From assembly GCA_963743635.1 (NCBI GenBank), contig CAVUQO010000003.1, positions 448,001-512,000 of the forward strand: DNA of 64,000 bases, given 5' to 3'. Both the position numbers and the translations under genes were made by a program. Source of the stretch: Candidatus Babeliales bacterium. Lineage in GTDB: Bacteria; Babelota; Babeliae; Babelales; Vermiphilaceae. This document shows positions 41,319 through 50,703 of the stretch, piece by piece. Below the pieces are notes generated by a model. It searched no databases. It was not told the origin of the DNA and saw only the letters and a program-made list of their open reading frames with translations. Numbering within the stretch: the stretch's first letter is position 1; each line of letters begins with the position of its first letter.

Positions 41319-42226
41319 AACAGTGGCAAGAGCATAAAAAGCTTTCTCAGTTACGCTCATTTTTTTGGGCAGTTCCCGCATTAGTGTGGCAAGTATTGCT
41401 GCTCTATATTCCACTTTTTTTTGTGCTTATGAGCAGTTTTGTCGATAAAAGCAATCAGTTCACCTTGAGCCATTATCTTGAGCTTCTTGATGCAACGCAT
41501 GGTATCATTCTCTTGCGTTCATTATTGCTTGCGACTACAACGGCCATTGTCTGTTTATTGATTGCCTATCCCGTGGCCTACTTTCTTGCATCATATGTGA
41601 GCCGTTTTAAAAACGTGTTTCTGTTTTTTTTAATTATACCATTCTGGACGAGCTTATTAGTGCAGCTTTATGCATGGTTCTCCATTCTTGATAAGCATGG
41701 ATTTCTCAATGTGCTTTTGCAGAAATTGGGCATTTTGAGTGAGCCATATCATCTTTTAAATACGCCATTTGCGATCTATTTGGTATCGATCTATTGTTAT
41801 ATTCCATTCATGATCATGCCGATCTATTCGATTCTTGAAAAACTTGATGTTCGTCTGCGTGAAGCATCGCTTGATTTGGGCGCAACACGCTGGGAAACCT
41901 TCATGCGCGTGACCGTTCCGCTTTCGATGCCAGGCATTAAAACCGGATTTTTTCTAGTATTTATTCCGGCATTTGGCGAATTTGTAATCCCGGTATTATT
42001 GGGTGGGGGCAAGCAACTTTACGTTGGTTCTTTAATTACCCATTACTTCTTAGTTTCTCGATCGCCTGGATTGGGCGCTGCATTTACTTGGTTGAGCAGT
42101 GCGATATTGATCGTATCAACCGTGGTGATGCAATGGTTGTTTATTCGTGCAATTACACCTCGTAGAAAAAGGCGGGCAGCTCTTCGTCTCTTCGTCAATA
42201 ACTCCGAGCTCAGGGGACCTCTATGA
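41315..42226 (+). CDS. potB: Polyamine ABC transporter permease
   Basis: IPFWTS, PFMIMPIY, EASLDLGA. Confidence 0.9.
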   Translation: MKQWQEHKKLSQLRSFFWAVPALVWQVLLLYIPLFFVLMSSFVDKSNQFTLSHYLELLDATHGIILLRSLLLATTTAIVCLLIAYPVAYFLASYVSRFKNVFLFFLIIPFWTSLLVQLYAWFSILDKHGFLNVLLQKLGILSEPYHLLNTPFAIYLVSIYCYIPFMIMPIYSILEKLDVRLREASLDLGATRWETFMRVTVPLSMPGIKTGFFLVFIPAFGEFVIPVLLGGGKQLYVGSLITHYFLVSRSPGLGAAFTWLSSAILIVSTVVMQWLFIRAITPRRKRRAALRLFVNNSELRGPL

Positions 42227-43008
42227 AACAAAGTAATTCATCAGTCTCATATCTCTTTCCGTGCATGGTTGCCGCTTTCTATATGTTCCTCTATGTGCCG
42301 ATTATTATTTTGATTGTCTCATCCTTTAATGCGTCAGCCTATTCCTATGAATGGCGCGGATTTTCACTTACCTGGTATCACCAGCTTTTGGAATCGGTCG
42401 AAGTGTGGGAAGCATTACGTAACTCATGCATCGTTGCTACTACGTCAGTCGTACTCAGCTTAGTGCTCGGTTTGATGTTTGTGGTTTTTGCGGCAAATAC
42501 ATGGCTCGATCGCATGCTGCTAACCTTTTATGGCAGTCTTGCGGCACCAGAAATAGTGCTTGCGGTTGGATTACTCAGTTTCTTCTCATTTTTTTCAGTA
42601 CCACTTGGATTGACGACGCTCATTGCGGGACACACGCTTATTGGGCTTGGCTACATGGTGCCGTTATTGCATAGTCGATTTCACGAGCTGAACTATGCGC
42701 TGACCGAAGCGTCACTCGATCTTGGTGCTGATTATCGCACCACCTTTTTCCGCGTTATCTTGCCGCTGCTTTCACCGGCATTAGTAGCGGGTGCATTATT
42801 GACGTTCATTTTATCATTCGATGATTTTATTATTTCATTCTTTTGTACCGGCGGTACCACGCAAACATTGCCGCTTTACTTTTTTTCCGTAATTCGTTCG
42901 GGCGCTTCGCCAATTATTAATGCACTTTCATCAGTGTTTTTGTTGGTCAGTAGTATTGTGGTGCTGCTCTTTTCATCACTCAAAATACGCAACATAGATT
43001 TTTTTTAG
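42223..43008 (+). CDS. potC: Polyamine ABC transporter permease
   Basis: GFSLTWY, EASLDLGA, LSFDDF, TLPL. Confidence 0.9.
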   Translation: MKQSNSSVSYLFPCMVAAFYMFLYVPIIILIVSSFNASAYSYEWRGFSLTWYHQLLESVEVWEALRNSCIVATTSVVLSLVLGLMFVVFAANTWLDRMLLTFYGSLAAPEIVLAVGLLSFFSFFSVPLGLTTLIAGHTLIGLGYMVPLLHSRFHELNYALTEASLDLGADYRTTFFRVILPLLSPALVAGALLTFILSFDDFIISFFCTGGTTQTLPLYFFSVIRSGASPIINALSSVFLLVSSIVVLLFSSLKIRNIDFF

Positions 43009-43014
43009 GAGTGC

Positions 43015-44085
43015 ATGTATATGATCAAATTTCTTATTAAACGTCTAACCGTCGTCTGTTTTTGGACCTTTGTTTTATTTACGTTTTTATATAGCCCTGT
43101 GATTATGCGTTGGTTTCGTGAACGGGAAAAAAGCATTACGGTATTTACATGGCCATTAATTATTGATGCGAATTATATTGCGGCCTTCGAAAAAGAAACC
43201 GGCATCAAAGTGTATCTCAGTTATTATGAGAGCAATGAAGAATTGCTCACTAAGCTAAAAGCAACGCAAGGCGGAGGCTATGACTTGGTGATTCCTTCTG
43301 ATTACACCGTGGAACAGCTCATCAAAGAGCAATTGGTTAAAAAAATTGATATGAGCAAACTTGATTTTGTCGATCGTATTTATCCCTTTTTAAAAAATAA
43401 TTATTATGATCCGAATAACGAATATTCACTTGCTTATTTTTGGAGTGTGTACGGTTTAGGAATTGATCTCAGCACCTTTGACGGTCAAATCCCGGAAGCA
43501 TCGTGGTCACTCATATTCGATAAAAAATACATCAAGCCTGGCACGCGCATCGGCATGACCGATAGTGCACGTGAAGCGATTATGATTGCAACGCAGTATC
43601 TCTATGGATCGATTGACGCGCTTTCAAACCCAGGTGCACTTGAAGCCGTGCAACAGCTTTTGCTCAAACAAAAACCGTGGGTAGAAGTATATAGTGATGT
43701 CCGTTCGGGCGATTTACTGGCATCAAAAAGTTGTGCCGTGGTGGCCGCGTTGAGCCCTGATATTACGCGCCTTAAGAAAGAGTATCCCAATATTGTATTC
43801 GTGCTGCCCAAAGAGGGAAGCTTTATGCTGATTGATGCGTTTCTTATTCCTAAACATTCCCATAAAGAAGATCTGACCTATCAGTTCTTAAACTATTTGT
43901 ATCGCCCTGAAGTAGTGAAACATAATATTGAACGGTACGGATTCTGTTCTCCCGTCATTGACGTTACTGCCGATGGAGATATGGAATGCCCAATCGGCAA
44001 TCATGCCAAAAATCTTGAATTCTTCAGGAGCGTTATTCCTGAAGCGATGATCAATGATATCTGGATTTCTCTAATGGCTCATTAA
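43015..44085 (+). CDS. potD: Polyamine ABC transporter substrate-binding protein
   Basis: FEKETGIKV, YESNEEL, YDLVIPSDY, PKEG. Confidence 0.9.
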   Translation: MYMIKFLIKRLTVVCFWTFVLFTFLYSPVIMRWFREREKSITVFTWPLIIDANYIAAFEKETGIKVYLSYYESNEELLTKLKATQGGGYDLVIPSDYTVEQLIKEQLVKKIDMSKLDFVDRIYPFLKNNYYDPNNEYSLAYFWSVYGLGIDLSTFDGQIPEASWSLIFDKKYIKPGTRIGMTDSAREAIMIATQYLYGSIDALSNPGALEAVQQLLLKQKPWVEVYSDVRSGDLLASKSCAVVAALSPDITRLKKEYPNIVFVLPKEGSFMLIDAFLIPKHSHKEDLTYQFLNYLYRPEVVKHNIERYGFCSPVIDVTADGDMECPIGNHAKNLEFFRSVIPEAMINDIWISLMAH

Positions 44086-44089
44086 AAGT

Positions 44090-44161
44090 CCAGGGAACGC
44101 AACCTGTGCTAAGCCTGTGATCTTATAAGCCCCACTTGATTGGCCTTTCTGATGAATCTGA
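44090..44161 (+). repeat. About 70-bp intergenic direct repeat, copy 1 (copy 2 at 46461-46532)
   Basis: ccagggaacg...taagcctg...ccacttgattg.cctttct.at.aatctga in both copies. Confidence 0.8.
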
Positions 44162-44288
44162 CACGCGCTGAAGCACGTGGTATTCTGCGAAATAGAAATA
44201 ATGTTTTTGAGTATTGATTTTTATATTCATATTTTTTTAATCTTGGCCTGATAATAGTTAATTTTCATACCAATAAGGAAAAAAGCAT

Positions 44289-45152
44289 ATGAAGCTGTTA
44301 AGAAATATGATGATCGTGGCACTGGTGTGCTATGGGCAATCAGTGCTGGCCATGGATTTGAAAAAACTACAAAAGGATGTGAAAAGCGCATTGGGCATAG
44401 ACTCAAAAATGTCGCGTGAAGAGGTAGACAACATAAAAAAAATAGGCGAAGAGTTAAAGCTGCGCGTCGATGCAATAAAGAGCGATGGCCTCAAGAATGA
44501 GATAAAGAATATGACCGGGCCGAACCAACAATATCAGCTTGAACAGCTGGATATTCAAAGGATCGAGGATTACATCAAAACATATTTTAGTCGATTCGAT
44601 ACTGCTCTTAAAAACTTTAATGATGCTATTGTAATGCTTAAAGAAAAAAAGAACGAAAAAGCCGCAGAAAATATGCGGACACTTCTTTATAATCAGATAA
44701 AAATTGTGCTTGATGCAAAAAAACAAGAATTTAATGAGATTAAAAATGCATCTATAGCCAAATCTGAGGAAGCTAAGCAAAAACAACAAGAACTAGCGCA
44801 AAGAAATATAGAGGCTGCAAAACTAAAAAAAGAAGAACAGAAGAAACGAAGAGAAGAAGAACTAAAAATAAAAATGGCAAAAGAAGAAGAAGAACTAAAA
44901 ATCAGAGAAGAAGAAGAACAAAGACTCAGAGAAGCAGCAGAAAAGAATAAAACGCCAGAAGAAAAAGCAAAAGAGAAACAAGCACTTGAGGAAAAAATAC
45001 GTGAAAAGCAAGAATTGATTAATCGCTTGTCTGGCGCTCATGATTATATGTCGGAGCAACGTAGAAGAGATGCACAAGACACCTTAGAAAGACATAAAAG
45101 AAAGTTCCGTGAGAAATATGGCACTGATTGGGTGGAAAATACAAAAAACTAA
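44289..45152 (+). CDS. Secreted coiled-coil protein, leader family B (copy 1)
   Basis: MKLLRNMMIVALVCYGQSVLA-MD; K/E-rich C-terminus. Confidence 0.85.
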   Translation: MKLLRNMMIVALVCYGQSVLAMDLKKLQKDVKSALGIDSKMSREEVDNIKKIGEELKLRVDAIKSDGLKNEIKNMTGPNQQYQLEQLDIQRIEDYIKTYFSRFDTALKNFNDAIVMLKEKKNEKAAENMRTLLYNQIKIVLDAKKQEFNEIKNASIAKSEEAKQKQQELAQRNIEAAKLKKEEQKKRREEELKIKMAKEEEELKIREEEEQRLREAAEKNKTPEEKAKEKQALEEKIREKQELINRLSGAHDYMSEQRRRDAQDTLERHKRKFREKYGTDWVENTKN

Positions 45153-45192
45153 AGCAATCAGAACTCGCACAATAAACTTTTAACGGTGTAAT

Positions 45193-45224
45193 CAAAAACA
45201 GGTGGCCTTGGCTGCCTGTTTTGC
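45193..45224 (+). terminator. Repeated terminator hairpin (other copies 46402-46433, 47120-47150, 47381-47413)
   Basis: caaaaacaggtggcc-tt-ggctgcctgttttgc. Confidence 0.8.
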
Positions 45225-45369
45225 ATTTAAGGCATTTTTCTTTATTGAATCGTGTTTTGTTCATAATATAAACGTGAAATAATGTTTTTGAGTATTGCTT
45301 TTCATATTCATATTTTTTTAATCTTGGCATATAAGAGTTAATTTTCATACCAATGGAGGAAAAAAGAAT

Positions 45370-46215
45370 ATGAAGCTGTTAAGAAATATGCTGATTGTGG
45401 CGCTGGTGTGTTATGGGCAATTAGTGTTGGCCATGGATTTGAAAAAACTACAAAAGGATGTGAAAGGCGCATTGGGCATAGACTCAAAAATGTCGCGTGA
45501 AGATGTAGAAAAAATAAAAAATTACGGCGAAAAGTTAAAGCTGCAGGTCGATGCAATAAAGAGCGATGGCCTCAATAATGAGATAAAGAATATGATCGGG
45601 CCGAACCAAATATATGACTTTGATAGGGTGGATATTCAAAGGATCGAGAATTATATAACAACATATTTTAGTCAATTCGATGTTGCGCTTAAAAACTTTG
45701 ATGACCATATTATAATGCTTAAGGAAAAAAAGAATGAAAAAGCCGCAGAAAACATGCGGACACTTCTTTATAATCAGATAAAGCTTGTGCTTGATGCAAA
45801 AAAACAAGAATTTAATGCGATAAAAAATGCAGCTATAGCCAAATCTGAGGAAGCTAAGCAAAAAAAACGAGAACTAGCGCAAAAAGATATAGAGGCTGCA
45901 AAACTAAAAGAAGAAGAACAGAAGAAACGAAGAGAAGAAGAACTAAAAATAGAAATGAAAAAAGAAGAAGAGAAAGAACAAATCAGAGAAGAAAAAAGAC
46001 GAAAAAACAGAGAAGAAAAAGAAAAAAATAAAACGCCAGAAATAAGAGCAAAAGAGAAACAAAAACTTGAGAAAAAAATACGTAAAGCGGAAGAAATTAT
46101 TGGGGCCTTGTCTAGGGCTACTGATTATCCATCAGAGCTACGTAGAAGAATCGTACAAGAAGAGTTAGAAGAAGATCTAGAAAAGTTCAACGAGAGATAT
46201 GGGACTGATAAATGA
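45370..46215 (+). CDS. Secreted coiled-coil protein, leader family B (copy 2; tandem paralogue; may extend to 46384 across a frameshift)
   Basis: Highly similar to 44289-45152 including the upstream region; ENRKK in the shifted frame aligns with ENTKN of copy 1. Confidence 0.85.
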   Translation: MKLLRNMLIVALVCYGQLVLAMDLKKLQKDVKGALGIDSKMSREDVEKIKNYGEKLKLQVDAIKSDGLNNEIKNMIGPNQIYDFDRVDIQRIENYITTYFSQFDVALKNFDDHIIMLKEKKNEKAAENMRTLLYNQIKLVLDAKKQEFNAIKNAAIAKSEEAKQKKRELAQKDIEAAKLKEEEQKKRREEELKIEMKKEEEKEQIREEKRRKNREEKEKNKTPEIRAKEKQKLEKKIRKAEEIIGALSRATDYPSELRRRIVQEELEEDLEKFNERYGTDK

Positions 46216-46673
46216 AAATAGAAAAAAGGTGAAAGATATAGAATCATCTCTAAGATCTATAGTGGAAGACGCTCCTCATGGTGATATATTTCAAATAAGA
46301 CCATTGCAGGAAGAGTACAACAAGAAAGACTCTGAGATAAAAGCGCTTGAAAAACAACTACAGCAATTAAATATCGCAGAATAAACTTTTAACGGTGTAA
46401 TCAAAAACAGGTGGCCTTGGCTGCCTGTTTTGCGTTTAATGCATATGTAACTAAGCGCCTCCAGGGAACGTACTCTGTGTTAAGCCTGCGGTCCTATAAG
46501 TGCCACTTGATTGACCTTTCTCATAAATCTGATCTGTTAAATCGGCTCTAGTTGCCTGATTTGAATCAGGAATGGCCAGAATATGCCCTAAATCATTGAC
46601 TTTCGGCTTGCCGTTGTTGTAGGCTGGTAAATAATAATAGTATTAATCTTCATGCAATAAGGAGAAAAAGAAT

Positions 46674-47048
46674 ATGAAGATGTTAAGAAATATGATGATT
46701 GTGGCACTGGTGTGCTCAGGTGCATCGGCAATGGCGATGAGTGAAGAGGATAAGAGAGTGCAAGAACTTACTCATCAGATCGAGCAGGATGAACAAACTC
46801 TAGCCTCTTTGGGATATGGTGGTGAAGGGAGTTGGTCAAAGAACATTATCAAAAAGGCAATTGAAGAGCGTACGCCCGAGTTAAAGAAGCAGCTGAAACA
46901 AGCAATACAACAAGCAATCGCAGTAAAAGAAACTAGGATACAATCTTTGGGATATGGTGGTGAAGAGAGTTGGTCAAAGAACATCATTAAAGAACAAATG
47001 CAAAAGGATATAGCTGGCTTACAAAAGCAGCTTGCTGAACTTGAATAA
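46674..47048 (+). CDS. Secreted protein, leader family B (copy 3), with internal duplication
   Basis: MKMLRNMMIVALVCSGASAMA-MS; SLGYGGE.SWSKNIIK occurs twice. Confidence 0.85.
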   Translation: MKMLRNMMIVALVCSGASAMAMSEEDKRVQELTHQIEQDEQTLASLGYGGEGSWSKNIIKKAIEERTPELKKQLKQAIQQAIAVKETRIQSLGYGGEESWSKNIIKEQMQKDIAGLQKQLAELE

Positions 47049-47171
47049 GAATTATTTGGTGTAATATGTAAGGTCATTAATAAGCATTGAATTACGACTT
47101 TAGATTATATAAAGAATATAAAGACAGGTGGCTTTGGCTGCCTGTTTTGCGTTTAATGCATATGTAACTAA

Positions 47172-47294
47172 GCGCCTCCAGGGATCAATTACAATTTACG
47201 CTCGGAAGAATCCTCTAGATCACGAGAAAAGCGGAAACAAGCTCTCACTCAAAGATCAGCAGCGATCAACAAGGAGTTAGAAAAGCTCCAATAA
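47172..47294 (+). pseudogene. Orphan 3' gene fragment (coiled-coil tail, no start codon)
   Basis: Frame reads INYNLRSEESSRSREKRKQALTQRSAAINKELEKLQ*; a family terminator follows. Confidence 0.45.
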
Positions 47295-47514
47295 TCATTG
47301 CAATATAACAGGGTTCCATTAACCATTATTGACGTTGGCAATAGATACTGAAATTTCAAATGTGTATAGATTGTTACGAAGAAGCAGGTGGTCCAATCGA
47401 CTGCCTGTCTTGCGTTTAAGGCATTTATCGTCCATTTTATTGATTTTGGTACGAGCATTCCATTAGGTTTGTAACGTTAATATAATAATAATGCTTTTTC
47501 ATTAAGGAGTAACG

Positions 47515-48372
47515 ATGAAGAAAAGCATACTATTGGTGGCGCTGTTGAGCGTCAGTGGAATCGAAGCAATAACCTTTTTAAACATTTCGCGCCATGAGTG
47601 CAACGTTGAAAATACTGCAACCGGCAGGAGCTATACCATTGAACCCAAGAGCAGGCAAGAAATTCCAGGAACGGAATTCTCTGTGGTAGACTTAGCTTCG
47701 GCTCAATCAAGTGACCCGCTTGCAGGCATTACGGGTGTGGTTACCGTCATAACAAATGCAGAAGAACCTACAGCTGGCAAAAAATATCCGAATGTTGTGT
47801 ATGCAAGACCAGCGCAAACGGTCCTGGTTGTGGACATAGGTAATATTAGTGGGGGCAAAACGTATCTTAAAAAAACAACGACCGTTACACCCGTAACTCG
47901 TGAAGAAGCAAAACAAAAATATCCTGCCATGTTTGTACATGCAGAAGAAAAAACGGTCTCAGAAGAAAAAGCGGTATCAGCAGAAAAAAATATGAGAGAG
48001 TCAAAGAAAGACGTGGCAACGTTTTTGAATATTTCTAAAGATAAATCTATACGGGTACAGCCATTGCAAGAAGAGACAAAAGCTACGTGGGGGCATAGGG
48101 CATTAACGCTCATCTCTCCGCTCGGCCGGGAAAAAGGTACAGGTATTGCTCAAATTCAAGCTCCTGAAGAAGGAGGATCAGTTACTATAACTGCTGCTAC
48201 AAAAGATGGCGATATGATTGGTCGCATCGAAACATTCATACTTGAGGATGTAAGGCCTGGTGTTGCATATATAGTAGATGTAAAAGATGATGTAATTACT
48301 GCTACACCTATGATGGAAGTTCACGCTAAAAGACAGTATGGCAAATACTATAAAAATCTCTCTCAGGAATAA
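47515..48372 (+). CDS. Secreted hypothetical protein with two repeated domains
   Basis: Signal peptide ending GIEA; TFLNIS twice; TP...AK..Y twice. Confidence 0.8.
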   Translation: MKKSILLVALLSVSGIEAITFLNISRHECNVENTATGRSYTIEPKSRQEIPGTEFSVVDLASAQSSDPLAGITGVVTVITNAEEPTAGKKYPNVVYARPAQTVLVVDIGNISGGKTYLKKTTTVTPVTREEAKQKYPAMFVHAEEKTVSEEKAVSAEKNMRESKKDVATFLNISKDKSIRVQPLQEETKATWGHRALTLISPLGREKGTGIAQIQAPEEGGSVTITAATKDGDMIGRIETFILEDVRPGVAYIVDVKDDVITATPMMEVHAKRQYGKYYKNLSQE

Positions 48373-48486
48373 GCAAATTGAAGCACACAACAGGTTGAAC
48401 CCGTTGTGTCGCACAGAATTAATTGGACCCAGGCTACGCTAATACTTCGAAGTAATACCTCAGGAAGTGTTTTGCTTCGTCGGGTT

Positions 48487-48537
48487 CTATTCGCTTCCAT
48501 CCACACGCTAAAGCATGTGGTTTTTCGCGAATAGATA
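48487..48537. repeat. Palindromic element; degenerate copy at about 44160-44196
   Basis: tctattcgc...ccacacgc-taaa-gcatgtgg...gcgaataga. Confidence 0.55.
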
Positions 48538-48543
48538 AAACCA

Positions 48544-48574
48544 GAAACGGGGGCTTCGATGAGGCCCCCGTTTC
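48544..48574. terminator. Terminator-like hairpin
   Basis: gaaacgggggcttc-gat-gaggcccccgtttc. Confidence 0.65.
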
Positions 48575-48658
48575 ATTCTTTCGTCCGTATAGCAAAAAAG
48601 TCGTGCTCATGTTATTATGTTATGAACGATTTTTTGTTTCGAATTCAGGGATATTCTC

Positions 48659-50620
48659 ATGGCTGCAGAGCACAAATGGTATGTAACCACGCCGATTTAT
48701 TATGTTACGGCACGTCCTCATCTTGGTTCACTTTATTCAACCCTTATTGCTGACGTTATTACTCGTTATCATAGGCTTAAGGGCGACAAAGTCTTTTTCC
48801 TTACCGGTACCGATGAGCATGGGCAAAAGGTTGCGCAGGCTGCTGAAAAAGCAGGTAAAGCCCCCAAGGCCTTTGTGGATAGCTTCATAAATGCCTATAC
48901 CGATACCTGGAAATCCTATCATATTGAATACAATAAATTTATTCGCACCACCGATGATTATCACGTGCGAGCAGTGCAAGAGTGGCTCAAAGTATTAAAA
49001 GATAAGGGCGATATTTATAAGGCTCGCTATGAAGGTTGGTATTGCACGCCGTGCGAAACATTTCTGACCGAGACTGAAGTCCGCGAACATACTCCGACCC
49101 ATTCGCTACGCTCCGCTACTCAGGGCGAGCGGGGAGAAGTCCCCGTCTGCCCCTCATGTAGCCGCGCAACATCGTATGTGTCAGAAGAAACCTATTTCTT
49201 CAAACTCTCTGCATATCAAGATGCGCTTCTTGCATTCTATGAAGAGCATCCTGATTTTATTGTGCCTAAAGAGCGCTTTAAAGAAGTGATCAACTTTGTC
49301 AAAAAGGGTTTAAAAGATCTCAGTATCTCACGCACAACCGTGACGTGGGGTATTCCATTTTCGGATGATGAACATCACGTTACCTATGTCTGGGCTGATG
49401 CGCTCAACAACTATATTACCGGTGTTGGATACGGTCAGAAAGATCGAGAAAAAGAGTTCAATTTCTGGTGGCCGGCAGATGTGCATGTTATGGGCAAGGA
49501 TATTGTGCGTTTTCATGCAATATATTGGCCTGCATTTTTAATGGCATCTGGATTAGCATTGCCAAAACAGCTCCTCGTGCATGGCTGGATAAAAATGGAC
49601 GAACAAAAAATGTCTAAATCCCTTGGTAACGTCGTTGATCCGCAAGATTTATTACAGCGCTATGGCGCCGATCCGGTGCGTTATTATTTGATGCGTCAGA
49701 TGGCGATCACGCACGATGGCAATTTTAGTATCAAAGATCTTGAGCAGTCGATTTCGTCTGATTTGGCAAATGATTTGGGTAACTTACTCAATCGTATGGT
49801 GAGTCTTGCGCAGAAGAATGATCTCATGATCGTTCCGAAGGAAGCCGTCTGGTCAGAAGAGGCGCTTGGTTTGCGTGATGAGTGTTTGAACATGCTTGAA
49901 GATACGCAAAGTTATATGGATGAATACCTCTTTCATATGGCGCTTGCGCGTGTCTGGAAATTCATTCACCAAACGAACGTGTTTTTCCATTCTCGAGAAC
50001 CATGGAAATTGGTTAAAGAAGATCGTGCTGCCTTTAATCAGATCATTGCTGCAACGTGTCATGCGCTGCGCGCCGTTGCATACATATTGTGGCCGTTCAT
50101 GCCAGAAAAAATGGCTATCCTACTTTCTAGCTTAGGTCAATCTGCGGATTTGCATAATAATACGCTTGAACAGCTTGAACTCGGCTATTGGAATCAATCA
50201 TTCACTCTTACGCACATTGAGCCATTATTTCAAAAACCAGAACCTATAGAGGAAAACGTGGAACCAGTTAAAGAAATCGTCCCGGCGGTCGATGAAATCA
50301 CCATTGATGACGTGGTCAAAGTACATCTCGTCGTTGGTACTATTGAAGCATGTGAGCCGGTAGAAAAATCGGATAAGCTCTATAAAATGCAAGTTAATTT
50401 TGGCGATAAAGGTACGCGCCAAATTCTTGCAGGTATTCAAAAATATTATAAGCAAGAAGATCTGATCGGTAAGCAGGGCGTGTTTGTGTACAATCTCAAA
50501 CCACGCAAAATGGTTGGCTTAGAATCGCAAGGCATGATGCTCCTGGCTGAAGGTGCTGATGGCAATCTCCAAATGACCACCGTTGCCCACCCAGTACCGA
50601 ACGGTACTCGCCTGCGGTAA
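48659..50620 (+). CDS. metG: Methionine--tRNA ligase with C-terminal tRNA-binding domain
   Basis: YVTTPIYY, HLGS, TGTDEHG, YVWADAL, GKDIVRFH, KMSKS. Confidence 0.97.
   Translation: MAAEHKWYVTTPIYYVTARPHLGSLYSTLIADVITRYHRLKGDKVFFLTGTDEHGQKVAQAAEKAGKAPKAFVDSFINAYTDTWKSYHIEYNKFIRTTDDYHVRAVQEWLKVLKDKGDIYKARYEGWYCTPCETFLTETEVREHTPTHSLRSATQGERGEVPVCPSCSRATSYVSEETYFFKLSAYQDALLAFYEEHPDFIVPKERFKEVINFVKKGLKDLSISRTTVTWGIPFSDDEHHVTYVWADALNNYITGVGYGQKDREKEFNFWWPADVHVMGKDIVRFHAIYWPAFLMASGLALPKQLLVHGWIKMDEQKMSKSLGNVVDPQDLLQRYGADPVRYYLMRQMAITHDGNFSIKDLEQSISSDLANDLGNLLNRMVSLAQKNDLMIVPKEAVWSEEALGLRDECLNMLEDTQSYMDEYLFHMALARVWKFIHQTNVFFHSREPWKLVKEDRAAFNQIIAATCHALRAVAYILWPFMPEKMAILLSSLGQSADLHNNTLEQLELGYWNQSFTLTHIEPLFQKPEPIEENVEPVKEIVPAVDEITIDDVVKVHLVVGTIEACEPVEKSDKLYKMQVNFGDKGTRQILAGIQKYYKQEDLIGKQGVFVYNLKPRKMVGLESQGMMLLAEGADGNLQMTTVAHPVPNGTRLR
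49098..49135 (+). repeat. REP-like unit inserted in-frame in metG
   Basis: cccattcgctacgctccgctactcagggcgagcgggga matches the intergenic CCYTCG...CTCAGGRYGARCGG units. Confidence 0.7.
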
Positions 50621-50703
50621 GATTCCGATCATTGCGTATTATTCTTGAACTATTTTATAATATCCCAAAATAGTTGAGGCATGTACGTAATGGGGGGATC
50701 ATT

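Noticed and set aside
45193..47413. Four similar ~32-bp palindromes as a CRISPR array
   Set aside because: Spacing is 260-1200 bp and irregular, genes lie between them, and no cas genes are present; they behave as terminators
44090..47413. Integron gene cassettes with attC sites
   Set aside because: The hairpins lack consistent RYYYAAC/GTTRRRY ends and no integrase is in the window
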